Source: Kiritimatiellia bacterium
GTDB lineage: Bacteria > Verrucomicrobiota > Kiritimatiellia > JAAZAB01
Assembly: GCA_040767085.1 (NCBI GenBank)
Contig: JAXGPF010000003.1
Span: 96,001-160,000 of the forward strand
Reading direction: 5' to 3'
Length of the DNA stretch: 64,000 nt
Shown here: piece by piece, positions 57,185 to 64,000 of the stretch
Position numbering within the stretch: the stretch's first letter is position 1
Layout: the number at the start of each line of letters is the position of its first letter
The notes under the pieces: generated by a model
What the model was told of the DNA's origin: nothing
What the model saw: only the letters and a program-made list of their open reading frames with translations
Databases searched by the model: none
Translations under genes and position numbers: made by a program

Positions 57185-57967
57185 TCAGGCGCTTTTATCC
57201 GCCGGCAATGCGCCATGCGCGCCTTTTTTGAACACATAAATCGCCCAGCCCAACGTTTCCCGCCCCCACCGCAGGTACGCGGCCTTGCCTTTCCGCACCC
57301 GTTGCAGAACGGCCTCCACATCCGGGTCGTCCTGATGGTTAGCGGCCCAGCTTTCCACAGCATGCCACTGTAATCCTTCATAACGATCCCAGTCATCCTG
57401 GTTGCTTACGAGCGTATAAACTGCCTCCAAGCCCTGCTCGCGCCCGATCTCTACATTCTGGTAATGCGTTCCAAAGTCGGCCCGGGCCAGCCCGATTGCT
57501 TCCAAGTACTCTCGTTCCGGCTCATGCCGCCAGTACGGCTCTCCCACGACGATCAAACTTTCCGGGGCGGCCATCTTCCGCAGCGCGTTCAACGTCCCGC
57601 CATGCCCGCCATAAATCCAGCTCGCCCCGATGCAGGCTGCCAGGTTAAAGCTCTCCCAGGTCTCCGGGACATACTTCGCGCCGTCCATCTCCAGAAATTG
57701 GAGTTGGGCATCCGGAACACGTTCTTGATGCTTCTTGCGGACATCCGCAATGCAGTAAGGAGAGAAATCGACTCCTGTCCCGGTTATATCACGGTACCGT
57801 TCGGCAAGCCTGATGAGAAACTCGCCCTTGCCGCAGGCAATATCCAGCACGCGCGCCCCGGGTTGCAGGTAGAAAAGCGCGACCAGTTGTTCCAGTTTCT
57901 CTGGGCTCATCGGATTGCAAAGAACGTGTTCCCGATGCGTAATGTTAAAGAATTTCCACATGTCCAT
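57185..57967 (-). CDS. Class I SAM-dependent methyltransferase
   Basis: RVLDIACGKGE, ACIGASWI, VGEPYW. Confidence 0.9.
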   Translation of the reverse strand: MDMWKFFNITHREHVLCNPMSPEKLEQLVALFYLQPGARVLDIACGKGEFLIRLAERYRDITGTGVDFSPYCIADVRKKHQERVPDAQLQFLEMDGAKYVPETWESFNLAACIGASWIYGGHGGTLNALRKMAAPESLIVVGEPYWRHEPEREYLEAIGLARADFGTHYQNVEIGREQGLEAVYTLVSNQDDWDRYEGLQWHAVESWAANHQDDPDVEAVLQRVRKGKAAYLRWGRETLGWAIYVFKKGAHGALPADKSA

Positions 57968-57986
57968 GTTTCCATCTCCGGAAATT

Positions 57987-59098
57987 GGGGTCAGTCCCGT
58001 ATTCTAGTAATTTCATCCAGTTGCCTGCGCTTTTTTATGATCTGCCGATCCTGATTCATTTCAATCATACGCGGGTAACGCGAGAAGCAATCCACCCGCC
58101 CCATGATCAGCTTTTGACAAATCCATTGATTTGGCACCGCGGTCCGGCGGCGTATCAGCCAGGCGATCAAACATTTTTCGGCGTCAATGTGTTTTCTTGC
58201 CTGCATTTGAGCAAGTGGCACCCCAAAATGCTCTAATGCCCGCTTGAGCAGAATTTCCGCTTCCTGTTCGTCATGCTTGCGTGCAGCTTCCCCAGAGTAA
58301 GATTCGCGCTTCCCTGGAAGTCTTTCCATACGTTGCGCTAAAATACGCCGGAATGTTTCATTGCCATAATACCAACCCCGGCGGACCGCTTCCCATTCAG
58401 AAGCATCCTTTTGGGCGCCTTTTCTCGTGGATATTTCCGTAACACGCCTGTTTATATATATCTGGTAATCCAACCGCCCCCGTGGCGTCGCACTAAAACC
58501 CGAAGCGCTTAAAACACGTTTCGTTTCAAGCCAAGCCGGATGCTGGTGCTGGATATAAAACCGATAGCTGCTCCAGGGAAAAGCTTCCAACCCATTTTTC
58601 ATTACTTCCCGCAATCGGGCGCGTACGGGATTAAGGTGAATATACAAGCTTAACGCGGCAAAATAATGGCTGTCCACGCTAACCGGAATGGCCTTATAGC
58701 GCCCCTGGAATAAATGCCCGCAGGTGCCATTACGCAAATGGAAGCGTTGGGTATATGTTCCTTGGAGCCACTTCATCCCGGCCACCAGGTTGGCTTCCGG
58801 CGTTTCAAACAGCAGATGGTAATGATTGGGCATCAGCACGTAGGCATGGATTCGCCAACCGGTGCGCTCGCATGCCTCACCCAAAGCCGCAAGAAAGGCG
58901 TGCCTGTCACGGTCATTCAGAAAAATGAGATTGCGCCCGTTGCCACGGCTCATCACATGGTATACGGCGCCCTCATATTGAATGCGCAACTTTCTTGGCA
59001 TAGAACACTATTTATCAAAAAACAAAATGGACAACAAGATTTAAAAGCGGTTTCTGCACCAGAACGATGCAAATATACTATTATACGGGACTGACCCC
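57987..59098 (-). mobile_element. RAYT-like Y1 transposase element bounded by inverted repeats
   Basis: GGGGTCAGTCCCGTA (57987-58001) and TACGGGACTGACCCC (59084-59098); visibly more AT-rich than its flanks. Confidence 0.8.
57991..59001 (-). CDS. REP-associated tyrosine (HUH/Y1) transposase with C-terminal extension
   Basis: YHVMSRGN, YVLMPNHYHL, GHLFQGRYK, YIHLNPVRA, WSSY. Confidence 0.92.
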   Translation of the reverse strand: MPRKLRIQYEGAVYHVMSRGNGRNLIFLNDRDRHAFLAALGEACERTGWRIHAYVLMPNHYHLLFETPEANLVAGMKWLQGTYTQRFHLRNGTCGHLFQGRYKAIPVSVDSHYFAALSLYIHLNPVRARLREVMKNGLEAFPWSSYRFYIQHQHPAWLETKRVLSASGFSATPRGRLDYQIYINRRVTEISTRKGAQKDASEWEAVRRGWYYGNETFRRILAQRMERLPGKRESYSGEAARKHDEQEAEILLKRALEHFGVPLAQMQARKHIDAEKCLIAWLIRRRTAVPNQWICQKLIMGRVDCFSRYPRMIEMNQDRQIIKKRRQLDEITRIRD

Positions 59099-59113
59099 TT
59101 TTTCTTTCTTTTC

Positions 59114-60424
59114 CTAAAACAACCCGGCGGCGGGGTGTCTTGATTCCAAAATTTCCCCGGCCAGGAAGAGCGAACCGGCGGCGCAGACGGCGCCCCGGCA
59201 CCCGGCCGCCCAGGCCCTCGCCTCGGCCAATGCCTCGGCGATGGAGGCCGCGGCGGCGGCTTCCCACCCCAGCGCGGCGGCGGCGGCGGCGATTTCCGCG
59301 GGCGGCCGGCCGCGCGGATTGCGCAACGGCACGGCCCAGCATCGTCGGACCAGGCCGTTGAATGGCCGGAGGAATCCCTGTAAATCCTTGTCATCGCATT
59401 GGCCGGCAACCAACCCCAGCGGTGTGCGCGCCGGCAGCAGTTCCTGCAGGGCGCGCGCGCAGGTGGCGGCGCCGGCAGGATTATGGGCGCCATCCAGGAT
59501 CAGCGGCGGCTTCTGTTCCAGCACTTGCAGCCGCGCCGGCCACCGTACCTGCTCCAAGCCCTCCCGCAACGCCGATTCCGGCAAATTCCCGCCGAATACC
59601 CGCTCCAAGACGGCGATGGCTACAGCGGCATTGCTCAGTTGATGGCGGCCGAGGAGCGGCAGACGCAGGCTGGTCTGCCAGCCGCCGGCGGTTTCCACAT
59701 GTATCCGCTGGCCTTCCAGCGACTGGCTCCGGCGCGCCACGCGCGCGATGGACGCCGCTTCGATCAGCGGCGCGCCCCGGCAACGGGCCGCGTCCCGCGC
59801 CACAACCTGGGCCTCCGGCGGCAGTTCGCCGATAACAACCGGCCGGCCAGGCTTGATGATGCCGCATTTTTCTCCCGCAATCTCCGCCAGGGTGCGGCCC
59901 AGGTAGGCGGTATGCTCAAGGCTGATATCGGTAATCACCGCAGCCAGAGGCATAACCACATTCGTGGCATCCAGCCGGCCGCCCATGCCAGTTTCAAGGA
60001 TCACCACGTCCGGCCGGGTGGATTCAAAATACTTGAAGGCCAGGGCCGTGACGATTTCAAAAAAGGTGGCGGCCCGGCCACCCGGCCCGGATTCCAGCCG
60101 CCGGCCCGCCTGCATGATTTCCGGCAGCAGGCCGGCCAGGATCTCATCGGGAATGCATTGGCCGGCGCAGCGGATGCGCTCGTTAAAGCGCACCAGATGC
60201 GGAGAAGTGTACAGACCGGTCTTCAGGCCGGCGGCGCGCAGGACGGATTCCAGCATAGCGCAGACCGAGCCCTTGCCGTTGGTGCCGGCAACGTGTATGC
60301 AAGGCAGGCGCTTTTCCGGGTTGCCCAGTTCCGCCAGCAGCGCCCGTTCGACTTCCAGGCCGGGCTTGATGCCCAACCTGGCCAGCGCATACAATTCATC
60401 CAGCAGCGGTTTGATCGGTCGCAT
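59114..60424 (-). CDS. folC: Folylpolyglutamate synthase/dihydrofolate synthase
   Basis: HVAGTNGKGS, YTSPHL, ETGMGGRLDATN, DGAHN. Confidence 0.95.
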   Translation of the reverse strand: MRPIKPLLDELYALARLGIKPGLEVERALLAELGNPEKRLPCIHVAGTNGKGSVCAMLESVLRAAGLKTGLYTSPHLVRFNERIRCAGQCIPDEILAGLLPEIMQAGRRLESGPGGRAATFFEIVTALAFKYFESTRPDVVILETGMGGRLDATNVVMPLAAVITDISLEHTAYLGRTLAEIAGEKCGIIKPGRPVVIGELPPEAQVVARDAARCRGAPLIEAASIARVARRSQSLEGQRIHVETAGGWQTSLRLPLLGRHQLSNAAVAIAVLERVFGGNLPESALREGLEQVRWPARLQVLEQKPPLILDGAHNPAGAATCARALQELLPARTPLGLVAGQCDDKDLQGFLRPFNGLVRRCWAVPLRNPRGRPPAEIAAAAAALGWEAAAAASIAEALAEARAWAAGCRGAVCAAGSLFLAGEILESRHPAAGLF

Positions 60425-61262
60425 CGGGCAACATGTATTCCAGCAGGAGGATGATGGTGTTTTTTAACTCGGAACGCGTGACGATCATGTCGATTAACCC
60501 ATGCTTGAGAACGAATTCCGAACGTTGGAACCCGGGAGGTATGTCCTGCTGGGTGGTTTCCTTGATGACGCGCGGGCCGGCGAATCCGATCAAGGCGCCG
60601 GGCTCGGCGATGATCACGTCGCCCAGGGTGGCGAAACTGGCCATGACCCCGGCGGTGGAGGGATGGGTCAACACGGAAATATACGGCAAACCAGCGGCGG
60701 CATGCCGGGCCAGCGCCGCGCTGGTCTTGGCCATCTGCATCAGGCTGAACATGCCTTCATACATGCGGGCGCCGCCGGAAGCGCACACCATCAGCGCCGG
60801 CAATCCAGCGGCGGTGCTGCGTTCAATCATGCGGGTGACTTTTTCTCCGACCACCGACCCCATGCTGCCGCCGAGAAAATTGAAATCCATGATGCCCAGC
60901 CCGGCGGCGTAAGGTCCGATACGGGCCTGCCCGCAGATAATGGCTTCGTTCAGCCCGGTTTTTTTGCGGTTTTCTTCCAGCTTGGAGGTGTAAGACAGTT
61001 TGCCTTCAAAGCGTAAGGGGTTGTCGCTGAGCATATTGGCATCCCACTCAACAAAGGAATCCGGCTCGGTCAACATCTGCAGACGCTCGCGGGAATTAAG
61101 CGGGAAATGCGCGTTGCACTTGGGACATACCCGGCAACTGGCTTCAATTTCATGCTTGTAGATTATCTCGTTGCATTCCGGGCACTTGAGCCATAGCCCG
61201 GCCGGCAAATCTTTTTTCCGAACCTTGATTGAAGTATATTGCCGTTGTCCAAATAATCTCAT
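60396..61262 (-). CDS. accD: Acetyl-CoA carboxylase carboxyltransferase beta subunit
   Basis: WLKCPEC..CPKC, GGSMGSVVGEK, SGGARM, GFAGPRVI. Confidence 0.95.
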   Translation of the reverse strand: MRLFGQRQYTSIKVRKKDLPAGLWLKCPECNEIIYKHEIEASCRVCPKCNAHFPLNSRERLQMLTEPDSFVEWDANMLSDNPLRFEGKLSYTSKLEENRKKTGLNEAIICGQARIGPYAAGLGIMDFNFLGGSMGSVVGEKVTRMIERSTAAGLPALMVCASGGARMYEGMFSLMQMAKTSAALARHAAAGLPYISVLTHPSTAGVMASFATLGDVIIAEPGALIGFAGPRVIKETTQQDIPPGFQRSEFVLKHGLIDMIVTRSELKNTIILLLEYMLPDATDQTAAG

Positions 61263-61279
61263 CAGCAGCCCTTCCCATT

Positions 61280-62038
61280 TCAGCCGCGGGCCAAGGTCAG
61301 CACGTAAACCCGTGCCGCACCGGCTTGTTTCAGCGCCCGGGCGCATTCGTTAACCGTAGCACCGGTGGTCATAACATCATCCAGCAACAGCAAACTCAAT
61401 CCCTGCACATTCACACGCGGCCTGATTTGAAAAACACCCTTAACATTAGCGATTCGCCCGGCGGCTGTCAAATGCGTTTGCGTCCCAGTCGGCCGCTTGC
61501 GCCGCAGTGCGCCGATCACGGGCAACGGGGGCGAGCGGCGCGCCAGCCCCGCGCCAAGCACCTGCGCCTGGTTGAACGACCGGCGGCGCTCCCGGAAGGC
61601 ATGCAACGGCACAAACACAATGGCATCAATATGTTGCGCAGAGTAGTGCGCCGCCAATCCAGCCCGCAGCAGCAAGTGAAAATCGCGCCGCAACCACAAA
61701 GCCGAGTGGTACTTGAATTCCCGCACCAACTGTCCCATCGTGCCCTGGTAGCGGCAGATCGAACGGGCGCGATCGAATGCCGGCGGACATTCCCGGCAAT
61801 GGCTGCAAACGAAATCGCCAGTGCCGGCTGCCGCCGGTTGTCCGCAGATATCGCAAAAAGGCGGGGTGATCAATGGCAGGCGCGCCCGGCAGTTCCAGCA
61901 TAAATACAGGTATTCTTGAGCGGCCGGCGCGCCGCAGATGGCGCAAGCGCGGGGATAGACCAGGTCCAGCGCCAGGCTGGCGACTTGTCCGAGCCACCGG
62001 GCTGAACTCAAGGCTGGTATGGATACGGCATGGTTCAT
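61280..62038 (-). CDS. comF: ComF family protein
   Basis: Double zinc-ribbon CxxC motifs; LLDDVMTTGAT. Confidence 0.9.
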   Translation of the reverse strand: MNHAVSIPALSSARWLGQVASLALDLVYPRACAICGAPAAQEYLYLCWNCRARLPLITPPFCDICGQPAAAGTGDFVCSHCRECPPAFDRARSICRYQGTMGQLVREFKYHSALWLRRDFHLLLRAGLAAHYSAQHIDAIVFVPLHAFRERRRSFNQAQVLGAGLARRSPPLPVIGALRRKRPTGTQTHLTAAGRIANVKGVFQIRPRVNVQGLSLLLLDDVMTTGATVNECARALKQAGAARVYVLTLARG

Positions 62039-62184
62039 GACTGATTACCCGGCGCTCCCGCCCCACCCCGTCATCCGCGTCAGTTGCCCCGGTCGGCGCC
62101 CGGAAGAAAAGGCAGGATAAATCACCTTGCCATTTATTCCGCATAAAGTATATACTGTCCGGGCTTAACCAATAAAGGCATTTT

Positions 62185-63240
62185 ATGTTATCTGACGACG
62201 AGATCAAGGAAAACCTGCTCAATCCCCGGCCTTCGCGCCGGGTTTTCTGGTGGAATATCGGGCTCCTGGTATTGGGTGTTATGGTCGCGGTTGTAATTTA
62301 CAATGGCGTCATGAAGCGCCGTCGCGCCCGGGAGCGGGATATTTTCCCGCGGGAAACCGCTGCCATGCAGGCAAAGCCTGCACCGGCTGCAGCGGCGGCC
62401 CCGCAGCCGGCGCCAATACCGGCGCTGGTCCCGCGGAAAACCGTGGACGCTCCCCCGTCTCCGACTCCCACGGCCCCAGCCGCGTCATCGGTATCCGCCC
62501 CGGCACTTGCGCCCGGAGCAGCCCAGGATATTTTAAAGCAAGTCCGCGATTTGCGCGATGCCGGGCAAAAACAAAAAGCCCGCGAGCAATGTTACGCATA
62601 TCTGGGCAAGTTGAAAGACCCGGCGGCCATCCGCGCCATGGAAGACCTGCTGGGTGAAATCAATCTCGACCTGCTCCTGACGCCGGCGGCGATGCCCGAG
62701 AAAACCGATTACGTGGTCAAGTCAGGCGATTCGCTGGCGCGCATTGCCAAGCAATTCGGCACCACGGTGGAACTGGTGCAGATGAGCAACCAGGTGCGCG
62801 GGCACATGATCCGGCCCGGCGACCGCATGCGGATTTTCAACACGCCTTTCTCACTGCGCATCAATAAGTCCCGCAACGAGTTGGAGGTTTACGCGGGCGA
62901 CCGATTTTTCAAGCGTTACAAGGTCGGCACCGGCAAACACGGCACAACGCCGGCAGGCATCTTCGTAATTAACGATAAAATTCCCGAGCCGCCCTGGTGG
63001 CGTCCGGATGGCCAGGTTGTGCCATTCGGCGACAAGGAAAACGTTCTCGGCACGCGCTGGCTCTCGCTCAAGCCCGTGGAAGGCACCGATCCGGTGCGCG
63101 GCTACGGCATCCATGGCACCTGGGAGCCGGAGACCATCGGCCAACAAGCCAGCGCCGGCTGCGTGCGCCTGTTGAACGAAGATGTCGAACAGTTGTACGT
63201 CCTGCTACCGCTGGGCACGCGCGTAGTTATCGAAGAGTGA
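62185..63240 (+). CDS. LysM-containing L,D-transpeptidase (YkuD family)
   Basis: [19 protein letters not shown]...SAGCVRL. Confidence 0.92.
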   Translation: MLSDDEIKENLLNPRPSRRVFWWNIGLLVLGVMVAVVIYNGVMKRRRARERDIFPRETAAMQAKPAPAAAAAPQPAPIPALVPRKTVDAPPSPTPTAPAASSVSAPALAPGAAQDILKQVRDLRDAGQKQKAREQCYAYLGKLKDPAAIRAMEDLLGEINLDLLLTPAAMPEKTDYVVKSGDSLARIAKQFGTTVELVQMSNQVRGHMIRPGDRMRIFNTPFSLRINKSRNELEVYAGDRFFKRYKVGTGKHGTTPAGIFVINDKIPEPPWWRPDGQVVPFGDKENVLGTRWLSLKPVEGTDPVRGYGIHGTWEPETIGQQASAGCVRLLNEDVEQLYVLLPLGTRVVIEE

Positions 63241-63253
63241 TCGCAAACCGCTT

Positions 63254-64000
63254 ATGGCGCTGAAATACATTTTGCCTTTTGAAAAGCCGGTGGCCGAGTT
63301 GGAAGCCAAGCTCGAGGAATTGCGCGCGTTCAGCGAGTCGCACGACATTGATCTGACCCGCGAATTGCAGGAAATGGAGCGCAAGATCAAGGAAACCCGC
63401 CGGCGGGTTTTCGAAAACCTGTCGCCTTGGGACGAAGTGCAACTCGCCAGGCACCCCCAACGCCCGTACACTCTCGATTATATCCAGGCGATGTGCACGG
63501 ATTTCATCGAACTGCATGGCGACCGCCATTACGCCGACGACCGGGCAATCGTCGGCGGGTTTGCCCGCCTGGACGGCCGGAAGATCATGGTCATCGGCCT
63601 GCAAAAGGGGCGCGACGTTAGAAGCAATGTCGAGCGCAATTTCGGGATGGCCTACCCGGAGGGATATCGCAAGGCCTTGCGACTGATGAAGTTGGCTGCC
63701 CGCTTCCGCCGTCCGATCGTCACCTTGATCGATACCGCCGGCGCCTACCCCGGCATCGGAGGCGAGGAACGCCATGTGGCCGAAGCCATCGCCGTGAACC
63801 TGCGGGAATCCATCCTGCTGCCGGTGCCGATAGTGGTGGCGGTCATCGGCGAAGGCGGCAGCGGCGGGGCCCTGGGCATTGGCGTCGGGGATCGGATACT
63901 GGTGATGGAACACGCGTACTATTCCGTGATTTCCCCGGAAGGCTGCGCCGCCATTCTCTGGAAAGACCGCGCCTACGCCAGCCAGGCGGCGGAAGTGCTG
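63254..64000 (+). CDS. accA: Acetyl-CoA carboxylase carboxyltransferase alpha subunit (runs off the window end)
   Basis: Translated by hand: [53 protein letters not shown]. Confidence 0.95.
   Translation, partial: MALKYILPFEKPVAELEAKLEELRAFSESHDIDLTRELQEMERKIKETRRRVFENLSPWDEVQLARHPQRPYTLDYIQAMCTDFIELHGDRHYADDRAIVGGFARLDGRKIMVIGLQKGRDVRSNVERNFGMAYPEGYRKALRLMKLAARFRRPIVTLIDTAGAYPGIGGEERHVAEAIAVNLRESILLPVPIVVAVIGEGGSGGALGIGVGDRILVMEHAYYSVISPEGCAAILWKDRAYASQAAEVL

Overview
GC-rich bacterial chromosomal segment. A PVC-superphylum host (Kiritimatiellota/Lentisphaerota-like) is inferred from the gene content, not proven. 1-19.4 kb holds large secreted carbohydrate-active-like proteins, an AraC-linked catabolic cluster, lysC and srkA. 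19.5-34.7 kb is an accessory island on the minus strand. It has two integron-type cassette arrays, each headed by a copy of the same promoter plus attI-like site, with no integrase seen in the window. The attC sites mostly have atypical CGAAC/GTTCG cores, and two are interrupted by ORF-less group IIC intron derivatives at the R' core. Between the arrays is a methyltransferase-methyltransferase-nuclease/helicase defence-like operon in which every internal gene junction carries a short-period (about 9-nt) palindromic repeat, bracketing a GxxExxY gene and a Bro-N gene. 35-64 kb holds uxaC-like, aminotransferase, an IS1202-like IS with a 16-bp target duplication, tadA, tatA, an rpiB-glyA fusion, a sugar-use cluster, a RAYT-like transposase, folC, accD, comF, an L,D-transpeptidase and accA. 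Intergenic DNA is dense in MITE- and REP-like families. No rRNA, tRNA or CRISPR array was recognised.
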